A stretch of DNA of 64,000 bases. Origin: a virus. Location of the stretch: positions 1 to 64,000 of IMG/VR virus record IMGVR_UViG_3300046170_000502, one strand, 5' to 3'. The translations under genes were made by a program, and so were the position numbers. A model generated the notes under the pieces. It did not search any database. It had not been told where the DNA came from and saw only the letters and a list, made by a program, of their open reading frames with translations. Positions 1 through 10,167 of the stretch are shown in pieces (the first letter of the stretch is position 1; the number at the start of each line of letters is the position of its first letter).

Positions 1-58
1 GGCCAGAATACCTTAAAGAGATAGAAAAAAGAAAGCTTAATAGTGTAATTCAAAAACA

Positions 59-1618
59 ATGAATTTTAAAATATTTTTTATTTGTCACGAAGAATCTAAT
101 TCGTATAAAGATGCGTTTAATTTATTTGATTTGCTACCAGATGAGATTAAAAATTCTTTAGAAGAAGTAGAACTAATTGACACTCTTAATGTAGTTGATT
201 TAACTCATAATTCATTGCAGAATATTACCCCAATAAGCAAAGAACAATCTATTTCTTTTTCAACAAATCCTCAACTTATTGGATTATGTCAAACCCACAT
301 AAATATATGGCGCAAAGTCGCAGAGCAAGAGCTTGATTTTTGCTTTGTTATTGAAGATAATGTCAATTTTTCCGACTTCTTAACGCTTTTACTTTCCAAT
401 CCAGATATTCCAGAAAAATTAGATTTTGTAAATTTCACTTCAACAGATTTCTTATCCTCCGCTTGCTATTACATTTCAAATCGAGGTGCAAAAAAACTCA
501 TATCAATTCATGAAGACCCAAAATTACTTAATTTGGACATTTTTTACGAAAATAATTTTACTAAAAATTCAATTAAATGTGAGCATCTTAAATTTATAGA
601 ATATTGTACTCTTGAAAAAGTAGGCTTCCATTATAGAATAAATTTCATCAACAAAGATCTGATAAGATATCACCCAAAAAATTATAAAAAAATAGAAGAT
701 AATTTTGAATTTTGGAAAAAAGACTTAAGCATTACCTCTTGCATCTGTACTTATGGCAATTATGAATCCTGCAGAGAAACTCTTTTATCATTAATACAAC
801 AAACTATATCAGATGATAAAAATAAAATTTTTATTATAGATAATTTTCCCATAAATCAAATCGATGGTGAGAGATTAGAGCATTTTAAAAAGTTAAAGTC
901 TCTTTGCGATTTATATGATCACTGCGAGTATATTCACACCCCAACATCTGGGTTGTCCGAGTCTCGTAATATAGCTATAGATAAATGCACAACTGACTTA
1001 ATTTTTTACATAGACGATGATGCGATAGCAAATTTTGACTTACTTGAGAATTTTAAATCTAAATTTTTAAAATTCCAGAATCTTGCGGTTTGCGGTGGAA
1101 AAGTTGTCCCCAAGTGGATCAGCGAAAGACCTGACTGGCTAAACGATAATTTACTTAAGTTTTTATCAATACAAAATTCCGATTCAAAAAATGTCATTCT
1201 TACGGAAGAATCTGAGGAATATATAGTCGGAACAAATATGTGCTTTCGCACCCCTATTCTCAAAAAATCTGGAGGGTTTAATGTCGCATTAGGAAGGCGA
1301 GGTCAAATTTTAATGAGCGGAGAAGAAGATGAATTATTTTCTAGACTAAAACAAAATTATACATGTGTTTACAGCTCAGATTGCTTGGTTTACCATAAAA
1401 TATTTCCAGCAAGACTTGAAGAACATTGGTTTATAAAACGATGTGCTTGGCAATTAATTTCTAACAAATTTATCTTAGGACAAAAACACTCCTACCCAGA
1501 AGAGTTAGAGATTTTTCTCAACCAAAACAAAGATAAACTATTTGCAAAAAATCTAGATTCTAAAAGTTTTTCAGATAAATTAAGCTATATTCAATTACTG
1601 TTAGAATATCTTTTATAA
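59..1618 (+). CDS. Two-domain glycosyltransferase (N-terminal GT25-like + C-terminal GT2)
   Basis: N-term GLCQTHINIWRKV..FVIEDNV (GT25-like); C-term CTYGNY, YIDDDA (DxD), GTNMCFR..GGFNVALGR..SGEEDE (GT2). Confidence 0.8.
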   Translation: MNFKIFFICHEESNSYKDAFNLFDLLPDEIKNSLEEVELIDTLNVVDLTHNSLQNITPISKEQSISFSTNPQLIGLCQTHINIWRKVAEQELDFCFVIEDNVNFSDFLTLLLSNPDIPEKLDFVNFTSTDFLSSACYYISNRGAKKLISIHEDPKLLNLDIFYENNFTKNSIKCEHLKFIEYCTLEKVGFHYRINFINKDLIRYHPKNYKKIEDNFEFWKKDLSITSCICTYGNYESCRETLLSLIQQTISDDKNKIFIIDNFPINQIDGERLEHFKKLKSLCDLYDHCEYIHTPTSGLSESRNIAIDKCTTDLIFYIDDDAIANFDLLENFKSKFLKFQNLAVCGGKVVPKWISERPDWLNDNLLKFLSIQNSDSKNVILTEESEEYIVGTNMCFRTPILKKSGGFNVALGRRGQILMSGEEDELFSRLKQNYTCVYSSDCLVYHKIFPARLEEHWFIKRCAWQLISNKFILGQKHSYPEELEIFLNQNKDKLFAKNLDSKSFSDKLSYIQLLLEYLL

Positions 1619-2614
1619 ATGAAAAAAATTTTAAGTTTTTCCAGCAGTATAAAAAAAGACTCGATCATTTGTCTTTGTCCAATGCGCAATGAAGAGCATA
1701 TTTTACATAGCTTCCTAGACCACTATTATTCGCACGGAGTCTCTCATTTTGTTTTTTTTGACAATTTATCTGATGATAATACAATTAATATACTAAAAGA
1801 CTTAAGCTCAAAATATAATATTGAAGCTTATATATGCGAAGAATCTTTTATTGGTTCCAAATGGGGTAGCAATTGGGCTAATGATTTTATGCAAAAATAT
1901 TGCATTGATAATTGGTGCATCACTATTGATGCTGATGAATTTTTTATGCCAAAAAATAACCAAAAGATAATAGATTTAATCAGCAATCTTGAAGCACGTA
2001 AATTAAATTCTGCGAGATCAATACTCGTAGATATGTATCCAAAAAACTTAAATTCTGTACATAACCAAACTATAGAAAGTTCTTGTTTTTTTGATCGGTT
2101 TAATGAAATATATTACAAAGATGGCTACAGCGATTTTGGTCAAAAATATGTCATGGGAGGACTTAGAAAAAGAGTTTATGATTCGTTTAATATGATCAGT
2201 AAATGCAGTTTATTCAAAAACGAATTTTATTTATCTCACCATGTTAGCGGGGGATGGCACTGGATCAAACCTTTATCTGAATTTTACAACTTCTATCTCA
2301 ATAATATAGCCATAGCACCAGTTTCATCAACATCATATTTTGATAAAAAATCTTACCTTGAAGCCGTTAAAAAAAGCTTAGAGACCGTTAGAGATACAGA
2401 AGCATTTTGCGCTCTTTTGCATTATAAATTTTTAAGAAAAGATATCTACGCATTTTTCCAAGAAAGAGTTGAAAGAAATCAAGATTGGAATGATAGCGAA
2501 GAATATAAAAATTATATTTCTCAAAAAGAAACATCATTTTTTCATGAGAGATACAGCGTAGATTCTTCTGATAATATCAATTTAGTATATAGCGAATTAA
2601 TTGATAAATTATGA
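1619..2614 (+). CDS. GT2-like glycosyltransferase (Glyco_tranf_2_4 type)
   Basis: CPMRNEEHILHSFLDHYY..FVFFDNLSDDNT; WCITIDADEF; ALLHYKF. Confidence 0.8.
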   Translation: MKKILSFSSSIKKDSIICLCPMRNEEHILHSFLDHYYSHGVSHFVFFDNLSDDNTINILKDLSSKYNIEAYICEESFIGSKWGSNWANDFMQKYCIDNWCITIDADEFFMPKNNQKIIDLISNLEARKLNSARSILVDMYPKNLNSVHNQTIESSCFFDRFNEIYYKDGYSDFGQKYVMGGLRKRVYDSFNMISKCSLFKNEFYLSHHVSGGWHWIKPLSEFYNFYLNNIAIAPVSSTSYFDKKSYLEAVKKSLETVRDTEAFCALLHYKFLRKDIYAFFQERVERNQDWNDSEEYKNYISQKETSFFHERYSVDSSDNINLVYSELIDKL

Positions 2615-3333
2615 AAGCATACATGATAACATACATGAAATCCAAAGAGAGGGTTGAAAACTTTAAGCTGGCCAAGACTTTGTCTGATGGTAATTTAAAT
2701 TTATTTGAAGCGGTAGACGGACTTGAAAACTATGAATCTTTATGTGAATTTGATCGCAAGCATCATTTTCACACAGATTTTTACAAAGATAAATGGAAAA
2801 ACATGCCTGGAAAATTAGGTTGCAATTTATCTTATTCAGTTTTATTTAGCAAAATACTCAAAGAAGATCTCAAAGAAAATTGGTTTTTAATATTAGAAGA
2901 CGATGCTGGAGTAAAAAAAGGCTTTATCGAAGAAGCTGAATTAATTGCCGAAAAAGCCGATTCAATAGGCACTCATTTTGTACGGCTTCATGTGGGAGAA
3001 GGAAAAGGGTTTTGGCCAGAAGACACAGGTTATTGGAATTTTTCGAAATCGCAACAGTTTAATGAAGCTTTTTTAGTAGGTCACAATTTTTATAAAATGA
3101 TTCCGCAGTGGTACACTACCGCCCAATTAATTAACAAGGAGGGGATTAGAAGATTGCTTGAAGTTCGCCCTTGGAATGAAAACATTGATTTGCTATTAAA
3201 TAGCTTTTCGCATCTTATTTTCGCAACGGCATACCCCTCTGAAAGTTTTTTCTCAAAAGGAAGTTGTGGAGTCGAAGATGATCAAAGCGAAATGGGAAGT
3301 GTAATCTATGAAAACCAAACTTTTTTATCATGA
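2611..3333 (+). CDS. GT25-family glycosyltransferase
   Basis: FEAVDG, GKLGCNLSY, LILEDDA motifs; ATGA overlap with upstream stop. Confidence 0.8.
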   Translation: MKAYMITYMKSKERVENFKLAKTLSDGNLNLFEAVDGLENYESLCEFDRKHHFHTDFYKDKWKNMPGKLGCNLSYSVLFSKILKEDLKENWFLILEDDAGVKKGFIEEAELIAEKADSIGTHFVRLHVGEGKGFWPEDTGYWNFSKSQQFNEAFLVGHNFYKMIPQWYTTAQLINKEGIRRLLEVRPWNENIDLLLNSFSHLIFATAYPSESFFSKGSCGVEDDQSEMGSVIYENQTFLS

Positions 3334-4046
3334 TAATATCACACTCAAAAAAATTTATTTTTATACATATTCCAAAATGCGCAGGCACATCAATTAGAAA
3401 AAAAATAGAAAACCATTTCCATAAAAACGGAATGCTCGAAATGGAAGATTTAATTTCTTTTAAAGTGGGATATGACGAGCTACCTATATCAGGCACTTCG
3501 GCAAACTGGGAAATAATACATGATTATACAGAAGATCAGTTAAGGCTGTATGAAGAATTTCATCAACATAGCACCTTTTCTTTAGTAGAGTCTGTTTTTA
3601 ATAGGGAAAAAATTAACTTAGACGAGTATTTTAAGTTTGCATTTTGCAGAAACCCTTGGGACAGAAAAGTATCTCAATATTTTTTTGGTAGACAGCAAGC
3701 GGAAAAAGGACACGAATGGGCAGTGTCGAACAAAAATCTTCAAAAACCATTTAAACATTTTGCTTCGAGAGCTGAAAACTGGGGAAAATTTAGAGATGGG
3801 CAGCATCAGTGGGTTTTAAATAAAGAAGGTAAATTAGGCTTAGACTTTATCGGCAAATCAGAAAATCTTCAGCAAGATTTTAATTATGTTTGCGAAAAAA
3901 TAGGCTTGCCTCAGATGGAGTTGCCGCATTCTAATAAATCTAAACACAAACATTACACAGAGTACTATGACGAGGAAGCTAAAAATTCGTTCGCCAAAAA
4001 CTACTCAAAAGACATTGAATTTTTTAATTACAAATTTGGAGAATGA
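3330..4046 (+). CDS. Sulfotransferase family 2 protein
   Basis: FIFIHIPKCAGTSI (5'-PSB loop), FAFCRNPWDRKVSQY (3'-PB), DFIGKSENLQQDF, YTEYYD..DIEFFNYKF. Confidence 0.88.
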   Translation: MIISHSKKFIFIHIPKCAGTSIRKKIENHFHKNGMLEMEDLISFKVGYDELPISGTSANWEIIHDYTEDQLRLYEEFHQHSTFSLVESVFNREKINLDEYFKFAFCRNPWDRKVSQYFFGRQQAEKGHEWAVSNKNLQKPFKHFASRAENWGKFRDGQHQWVLNKEGKLGLDFIGKSENLQQDFNYVCEKIGLPQMELPHSNKSKHKHYTEYYDEEAKNSFAKNYSKDIEFFNYKFGE

Positions 4047-4047
4047 A

Positions 4048-5032
4048 ATGTCATACATCGATCAAGCTGTTAAATTTCGGATGGGAAAGTGGCATTTTCA
4101 AAAATATCCATCTAATTTAGAGCTTGACTGGGAAGATTATTCTTTATTTAGCCCCGACGACCAAAGATTTTTGTATTGGATAGAGAAATGTAAATTTTTT
4201 GAAATCAAAAAAAACCCCGGTTTAATTTTAGATTCGAGAGATCACTTGAATGAAAAAAATCTAGAGTTAAGGATTAATCGATTACAGAAAAATCATCATC
4301 TCAACCTTAAAAAAATATCCATACGTATCTCACAATCGCCCTGCTGACAAAGATTATTCTATACTATGGTCTCTGAGCCAAACGCACGAAAGAATAGTAT
4401 CGAAATGGCAAGATCACTATAATTTTGAAGATAAAAAAGACGAAATCGTATGGAGGGGAGTCGCATCAGGGTTAGACCGCCAACTTAATCGCGTTGGTAA
4501 ATTTTCTGATTTTAATAAAAGCATTAAAGAAGTTCAAAGGTTCATTTTTGTCAACAAATTTTCAAAAAAATATAATATAAAATTCGTTGACTTCCCCTTG
4601 AAATTTAAAAATAAATTTACTAAAGATAGATTGCAGGATTTTGATTTATTTCTTAAAAATAATCCTCACGCATTGGGCGAACAATTATCGTGGGCTCAAG
4701 ATATTTGCTCTTATAAATACATACTAAACCTAGAAGGCTATGATTGGCCCTCTAGCTTATGCAAATCCTTACGGTCTAACAGTGTAACTATTGCAACGAC
4801 CCCTAAGTGGCATAATATTTTACATTTTAAGCTTGAACCATGGGAGCACTATATTCCAATCAAAGATGATGGGTCGGACCTAGAGAATAAACTCGCATGG
4901 TGTAAATCCAATAACAAAGAATGTAAGAAAATCTCTGACAGGGCAAGTCTTTATATGTCTCAGTTTACCGAGGTCTCTGAAACTGAAATACAAAAAAAAA
5001 TATTCAAAAAACTTCATGAAAACAGAATATAG
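4048..5032 (+). CDS. GT90/CAP10-like glycosyltransferase with apparent +1 frameshift at A7 run 4309-4315
   Basis: Removing one A joins track ORF 3967..4347 (ATG at 4048) to 4598..5032 through KYPYVSHNRP..KKDEIVWRGVASG; C-term YKYILNLEG, LEPWEHYIPIK.DGSDL..KLAWCKSN are GT90 motifs. Confidence 0.75.
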
Positions 5033-5650
5033 TCCTAATAAATTTCTTTTTATACATCTTCCAAAATGCGGAGGAATGTCGATGGAGCAGATCTGCAGAG
5101 ATAATGGAATACTAATTGACCCAAGAAACGCAGACACTAAATATTTAAATGAAAAGTTTAATACTGATGTATATTGTAGCTTTGAGGACCAAAAAAAATT
5201 AAGTTTTTCTTTTTCTTTCGCAAGAAATCCATACGACAGGGTGGTTTCAGCCTGGAAATGCCCATGGGTTAGCGGAAAAAAAAATATCTCAAAATAATTT
5301 TAAAAATGAATTTCATGATTTTCGTGATTTCGTTTTTAATTTTTTACCTAATGAACACGACTTTTCTTTTTTTAGATGGTCTCATGTTATGCCTTTCACA
5401 GACCCAAGGTTCGCAATTTTTGACGATAAACAAGAACTTCAATTAAGTTTCTTGGGAAAACTGGAGACATATCAAGAAGATTTTGATTTCGTGTGTGATT
5501 CTATTAATATAAAAAAACAAAACTTACCTCATAAAAATAAAACTAATCATAAAAAATATACTGAATATTATGATGACGAAACTCGTCAAAATCGTTGCGG
5601 AAAAATACGCAAAAGACATTGAGTATTTTGGGTACAAATTTGCGGAATAA
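5016..5650 (+). CDS. Second sulfotransferase family 2 protein with two apparent +1 frameshifts (A9 5276-5284; A4 5588-5591)
   Basis: FLFIHLPKCGGMS, FARNPYDRVVSAW, FLGKLETYQEDF; the corrected frame ends IVAEKYAKDIEYFGYKFAE*, matching the C-terminus of 3330..4046. Confidence 0.78.
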
Positions 5651-5659
5651 TTATTGAGC

Positions 5660-6463
5660 TTATTCTGGTCTTTTGCCTAAAGGTTTTCCATCTTGACCAA
5701 TTTGACCATCCCTGATCTTGGTGGCAGACACTTCTTGTAATTCTTTACTTAGCTCTAGTTGTTCGATATTATAACCAACACCTCTTCCATAAAATACATC
5801 CATAATATTAGGCAGTTCAACAACCTTAATTTTGTTTCCGAATTCGATACAAGCAGAATGTATTTCTTTTTTGACTTTTTCAAAATCATAGGGATTACTA
5901 TCATCAATTCCTCCAACATCTCTTAATGCAATACAGCATTGCCCTGTTCTTTTAATTGCTTCCGCAACAAGGCTTTTGTGCCCAATATGAAATGGCTGAT
6001 ATCTACCTATGAGCAATGCAGTTGGAGCTTGGTTATCCCACGCTTCAGTTTCATTTAATTTACCAACAACTTTACTAACCCACTCTTCTGGAGTTCCATC
6101 TATTAATCTCAGGTCATAGTTCAAAGGCTTTTCAAACATCTTGTTTGTATCTTCATATCTACCTTCTTGAATTCTATCTACCCATATTGTAAAATCTGCA
6201 TTAAATGCCTTCCTAGTTTCTTGGGTTGGACACACAAAATCCGCAATCACATAATTACCTCCCATTTTTGCCCAGTCACACAACTTGCTCATTCTTTTTG
6301 CATGAGAAAGCCGATCCTCTTCCGAGAAACCCAGTTCCGAATAGATGTCCTGCCTTACAGCATCTGCATTAAACCAAGCGGCGTTTAACTTGGCAACGAG
6401 CTTTTCAGCTAGTGTCGTCTTTCCTGATCCAGGAAGTCCCATTATAAGAATTTTTCTTTTCAT
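5660..6463 (-). CDS. cysC: Adenylylsulfate(APS)-kinase-like P-loop domain fused to a HIGH-motif nucleotidyltransferase
   Basis: Minus strand (CAT at 6461-6463; the track label '+' is wrong). GLPGSGKTTLA, NADAVR, GFSEEDR, VIADFVCPT; C-term GRYQPFHIGH. Confidence 0.8.
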   Translation of the reverse strand: MKRKILIMGLPGSGKTTLAEKLVAKLNAAWFNADAVRQDIYSELGFSEEDRLSHAKRMSKLCDWAKMGGNYVIADFVCPTQETRKAFNADFTIWVDRIQEGRYEDTNKMFEKPLNYDLRLIDGTPEEWVSKVVGKLNETEAWDNQAPTALLIGRYQPFHIGHKSLVAEAIKRTGQCCIALRDVGGIDDSNPYDFEKVKKEIHSACIEFGNKIKVVELPNIMDVFYGRGVGYNIEQLELSKELQEVSATKIRDGQIGQDGKPLGKRPE

Positions 6464-6485
6464 ATTTTTTTAGTACACTCTCTTT

Positions 6486-6848
6486 TTAATTACTTAAATA
6501 TTTAAAACCTAATATCTCACAAATGGCTACTTTTTCTGACTTTGGCATGTTATTGCATTTATTTTCTGCCCATTCTTTTATTCTAAAGTCTCTTTTGTCA
6601 GGACTTCCGTTCACAAAATCAATGGCAAGTGAATGAGTAATATTATCTATTAAATAATTTATTATTTTTTTGTTTATAATTTTGTTGTAAATTTCTATTC
6701 TTTCCTTACTAGATATATGTTCATATCTAAGTTGGGATTCTATTTTGCAGGTCATTTTTCTTCTTATTGCGAATGAATCTATAGAATTCAACACGCATTC
6801 TTGATACAAGTAATCAAGCACTATTTGTCTTTCTTTTCCTTTCAGCAT
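6486..6848 (-). CDS. Hypothetical protein
   Basis: Start moved to MLKGKERQ (6848), 9 nt after a GTGTA motif. Confidence 0.55.
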   Translation of the reverse strand: MLKGKERQIVLDYLYQECVLNSIDSFAIRRKMTCKIESQLRYEHISSKERIEIYNKIINKKIINYLIDNITHSLAIDFVNGSPDKRDFRIKEWAENKCNNMPKSEKVAICEILGFKYLSN

Positions 6849-6895
6849 AAACGTATATACACCCGAATCCCAGTGTTGGTGCGGATTTTTTAATC

Positions 6896-6924
6896 TTGAC
6901 ACAGTAATTTTTATGTGATATAAT
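6896..6924 (+). promoter_or_regulatory. Consensus sigma70-type promoter (TTGACA-N17-TATAAT)
   Basis: TTGACA 6896-6901, TATAAT 6919-6924. Confidence 0.85.
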
Positions 6925-6934
6925 GATAAGAAAT

Positions 6935-7192
6935 ATGGGAAAAATAACAAAACAACTAAAGAATGCAACCTTTGAATATAACGAAGAAAGCAAGGTTTTT
7001 ACTTTATACGACCATGACGGATTTAACGGAACTATAGAGCTAAATAAAATTTACGCCTTTGCCTTTATGAGATTTGTTGTTAGAATGGCTCAAAGAAATT
7101 GGCTGCGACCAACAAAATCGAAAATCAAACAAATTCAAGAAAATAACGAAGAGATAGAAACAGAAGATCCAAATCAATTAAACTTATTTTAA
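6935..7192 (+). CDS. Hypothetical protein
   Basis: ORF downstream of promoter; ATG at 6923 lies inside the -10 box. Confidence 0.6.
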   Translation: MGKITKQLKNATFEYNEESKVFTLYDHDGFNGTIELNKIYAFAFMRFVVRMAQRNWLRPTKSKIKQIQENNEEIETEDPNQLNLF

Positions 7193-7194
7193 AA

Positions 7195-7359
7195 ATGAAT
7201 GAAATAGCAGGAAACAAATACACATTAGATATAGAAAAACAAGATTTAGTTGATTCTTATGTTAATCAATGGGTGCTAGAGTGGTGCAAAAAATACCACC
7301 CCGAAGTATTCGAAAAAGCAGGTCAATTTGTGGAGGAATATTTAAATGAAAATGCGTAG
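7195..7359 (+). CDS. Small hypothetical protein (54 aa)
   Basis: MNEIAGNKYTLDIEKQDLVDSYVNQWVLEWCKKYHPEVFEKA..; fills the gap in the ORF chain. Confidence 0.5.
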   Translation: MNEIAGNKYTLDIEKQDLVDSYVNQWVLEWCKKYHPEVFEKAGQFVEEYLNENA

Positions 7360-7729
7360 TTTATATTTTATATTTTTATTGTTCTTTATTGGTTGTGAAT
7401 CCTCGAATATTAAAACTTCGGTTCTAGATATTGAAACATTTGAGAGCCCACCCCCACCTCCATTGATATCTCCAACAAGCCCCGTGCCCAATTTTACGCC
7501 GAATATGAATGGATTATCGGAAGTTCAAATTAATGAAATACCTCATCCTTTTAACCTTAATGGGCATATTCCCTGTGTGATTTGGGTAAACGGGAAAAGA
7601 TTAAATATCTCACCTCAAGAAGCTCAAAAATTAGCTCAAGCGGTTGATTTGAGCTCCAAGCAAAAAATTCACGCATCAAAGCTTCACTCAGGAAAAGGTT
7701 GGGTAACACCCCTATCGGTAACTAGATGA
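7346..7729 (+). CDS. Putative lipoprotein, Pro-rich
   Basis: Hydrophobic signal ending FIGC; PPPPP tract. Confidence 0.6.
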   Translation: MKMRSLYFIFLLFFIGCESSNIKTSVLDIETFESPPPPPLISPTSPVPNFTPNMNGLSEVQINEIPHPFNLNGHIPCVIWVNGKRLNISPQEAQKLAQAVDLSSKQKIHASKLHSGKGWVTPLSVTR

Positions 7730-7992
7730 TGTTTGACGATGGAATACATAATGACTTCGAAAAGGCTCACCAGAAAGGCTTGGGTAGAGGTTTTGATCTT
7801 GGATGGACTTATAAAGGGGAGTTTGATCGTTCAATAATCATTGATCAGTTAGATATTTTAGAAAAACAATACAATAAAGTATCCGACCCAGAAACAAAGT
7901 TGAGAATATTATCTCAAAAACAAATATTGCGAGAAGTACATTCAAAAATGAAAAATCATGTTAATAACAGAGAAGGGATAACTAAAAAATGA
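7726..7992 (+). CDS. Hypothetical protein
   Basis: Coupled ORF chain. Confidence 0.55.
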   Translation: MMFDDGIHNDFEKAHQKGLGRGFDLGWTYKGEFDRSIIIDQLDILEKQYNKVSDPETKLRILSQKQILREVHSKMKNHVNNREGITKK

Positions 7993-8222
7993 ATATAAAT
8001 TCAGATCAAATAATTTATTCAGAACATGATCTAGATGAGTGTTTTGAATATACAGATGGATCAGGTAGAGTTCCAGATGGAAATGCAGTAGGATATCAAA
8101 TCGAATCAAATGCTCCAAATTCAGTAATAATTTTATTCAATGATATAAAATATAGTGAATGCGATCATAAATATTGGGATAATCTAGAGCTTGAAAATGA
8201 TATAAATCGTGTAATAATTTAA
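7989..8222 (+). CDS. Hypothetical acidic protein
   Basis: Coupled ORF chain. Confidence 0.5.
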   Translation: MNINSDQIIYSEHDLDECFEYTDGSGRVPDGNAVGYQIESNAPNSVIILFNDIKYSECDHKYWDNLELENDINRVII

Positions 8223-8224
8223 AA

Positions 8225-8300
8225 GCCACCTTAGCTCAGTTGGTAGAGCATTCGCCTTGTAAGCGAACGGTCGTCAGTTCGAATCTGACAGGTGGCTCCA
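8225..8300 (+). tRNA. trnT: tRNA-Thr(TGT)
   Basis: GCCACCT/AGGTGGC acceptor stem, anticodon arm TTCGC-CTTGTAA-GCGAA, T-loop TTCGAAT, encoded CCA. Confidence 0.97.
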
Positions 8301-8305
8301 CTTTA

Positions 8306-8399
8306 GGAGAGATGGCTGAGTTGGTTTAAGGCGGCGGTTTGCTAAACCGTTGAAGGGCTTATTGCCCTTCCGCAGGTTCGAATCCTGTTCTCTCCGCCA
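8306..8399 (+). tRNA. trnS: tRNA-Ser(GCT)
   Basis: GGAGAGA/TCTCTCC stem, loop TTGCTAA, long variable arm GAAGGGC-TTATT-GCCCTTC, TTCGAAT, CCA. Confidence 0.96.
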
Positions 8400-8440
8400 T
8401 TTTCCTTGACATTTTTTAAAAAATATGCTAAACTTAAATT

Positions 8441-8752
8441 ATGAGCAAAAAAACAGATCCATTTTATGATGACGATTTAAATATCACTTGCCCGATAACG
8501 AATAAAGATGTCTTAGATGATTGCCACATTATTTTAGAATTTGGATATGGCAGTGATTTAGATATGACAACATACGCTTTTTCTCCTGTGCATGAAGAAG
8601 TCGGTAAAAAAGTTCTAGCTTATATACAATCCCTAATGCCTAAAAACCATTCCGTTGAAGAGTTCGGAACATGCGTCATAGACGATCTTTTCGGCTCGGA
8701 TGCGCCAAAATGGACAGATGAAGACAAAAAAGATCATGGTCTAGAAGAATGA
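8441..8752 (+). CDS. Hypothetical protein
   Basis: Behind TTGACA(8406)-N17-TAAACT-N6-ATG. Confidence 0.6.
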   Translation: MSKKTDPFYDDDLNITCPITNKDVLDDCHIILEFGYGSDLDMTTYAFSPVHEEVGKKVLAYIQSLMPKNHSVEEFGTCVIDDLFGSDAPKWTDEDKKDHGLEE

Positions 8753-8931
8753 GACCTTGGAGACATTGCAACTTGTTAGGTAAATTATGTATTGCGTGCG
8801 TGATCATAAATATCATTGTGTGCATACAATTTTTGAAAGTAAATCACACCTTATCTTTCTTGTATTTATTTTGGGCATTCTTTTGTGCAATGGGTACATA
8901 TTCTAAAAAATGTAAAAAACAAAATGGTTAA
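8749..8931 (+). CDS. Small membrane protein
   Basis: Two hydrophobic segments, coupled to neighbours. Confidence 0.45.
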   Translation: MRPWRHCNLLGKLCIACVIINIIVCIQFLKVNHTLSFLYLFWAFFCAMGTYSKKCKKQNG

Positions 8932-9451
8932 AAGGTACAACGCAAACACTCTTTTTCGCGGACACAGCATTTTAAATGGCTTGATAAAAGATTTATTAGC
9001 TTATTTTCAATCTGCAATATGGACAGAAGAAGACGAAATTAAAAAACAAAAAATATTTAAAGATATAATAGTCGAAGGAAAATGTTGGTATTGTGGGGTT
9101 GAAGTCATGAGGGATATGGATCACTTTATGCCAACGAATGGAAGATTATTTGATCCGCCAATGTTTGGGCTAGAGCATGAAGGAAATATAATACCATCAT
9201 GTAAAACTTGCAATGCGAACAAAAGCAACAAGCACCCCTTGCTTTGGCTAAAAAAGGGCAGAGTAACAAAAGGCAAAGAATTTAAATTTCCACAAAACAG
9301 AATTGACGCATTCGAATTATTTTTTGATACATTTAAAGATAAATTGATTGCAGATCAAGATTTAACAGATATCATTGTAAAACAGGCCATACCAAAATGC
9401 GAACAATCCACACAGGAATTAGCTGATTTTGAAGAATGGATTGAACTTTAG
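8924..9451 (+). CDS. HNH endonuclease
   Basis: CWYCG..MDHFMP..HEGNIIPSCKTCNANKSNK. Confidence 0.85.
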   Translation: MVKRYNANTLFRGHSILNGLIKDLLAYFQSAIWTEEDEIKKQKIFKDIIVEGKCWYCGVEVMRDMDHFMPTNGRLFDPPMFGLEHEGNIIPSCKTCNANKSNKHPLLWLKKGRVTKGKEFKFPQNRIDAFELFFDTFKDKLIADQDLTDIIVKQAIPKCEQSTQELADFEEWIEL

Positions 9452-9458
9452 TGTATTT

Positions 9459-10160
9459 ATGAATTTGGAGCATAGAACAGAAAAAAACAATATGAATAAA
9501 ATGCAAGAACTTGGCACCAAGTACCGAACCGACAAAATCACACATCATAAATACCACGAAATCTTCCCGGTTTATATTGAGAAGTTTTATGAAGATGCTG
9601 GAGGTATAATAGAGATTGGACTTGAACCAAACTGGGGCAAAGCGTCCTTAAATATGTGGCTAGAGCTTTTCCCCAACATGCATATCTATGGACTTGACAA
9701 GGGAACTCCCGATGAATTTCGTGAAAGATACACAATATTTAAATGCGACCAAAGCAATGAGAGCCAAATAAATAATTGCGTCGATCAGATTAAACATAAA
9801 ATATACTTTATTAATGACGATGGGTCACATATTCCCGAGCATCAGCTTTTAACATTTAATATTTTATTTCCCTTGCTAGAGGTTGATGGTGTTTATATTA
9901 TAGAAGATATAGAAACATCTTATTGGACAAAAGGCGGTTTATATGGCTATCGCACTAAATATGGAAAAGGTCACAAAAAATCAATAGTAGAAATTTTCAA
10001 ACAAGCAATTGACGGAGTAAACTACGAATTTTCTCAATCTTCAGACGGCGAAGTGAAACATCAAAAAGAAATTGAATCTATTTGCTTTCATAAAAACTGT
10101 ATTATCATCACAAAACGAGAGCCCGAATCTCGAGGATATCGATTCAAGAATAAACTTTAA
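9459..10160 (+). CDS. Class I SAM-dependent methyltransferase (sugar O-methyltransferase-like); start 9459 or 9492
   Basis: TDK..H.YH, IEIG..G.ASL.MW..LFP, CDQS, DDGSH, GVYIIEDIETSYW. Confidence 0.8.
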   Translation: MNLEHRTEKNNMNKMQELGTKYRTDKITHHKYHEIFPVYIEKFYEDAGGIIEIGLEPNWGKASLNMWLELFPNMHIYGLDKGTPDEFRERYTIFKCDQSNESQINNCVDQIKHKIYFINDDGSHIPEHQLLTFNILFPLLEVDGVYIIEDIETSYWTKGGLYGYRTKYGKGHKKSIVEIFKQAIDGVNYEFSQSSDGEVKHQKEIESICFHKNCIIITKREPESRGYRFKNKL

Positions 10161-10167
10161 TAAAATT

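Noticed and set aside
5660-6463. ORF-track strand '+' for the APS-kinase fusion
   Set aside because: The protein MKRKILIMG reads from the reverse complement of 6461-6463; the gene is on the minus strand.
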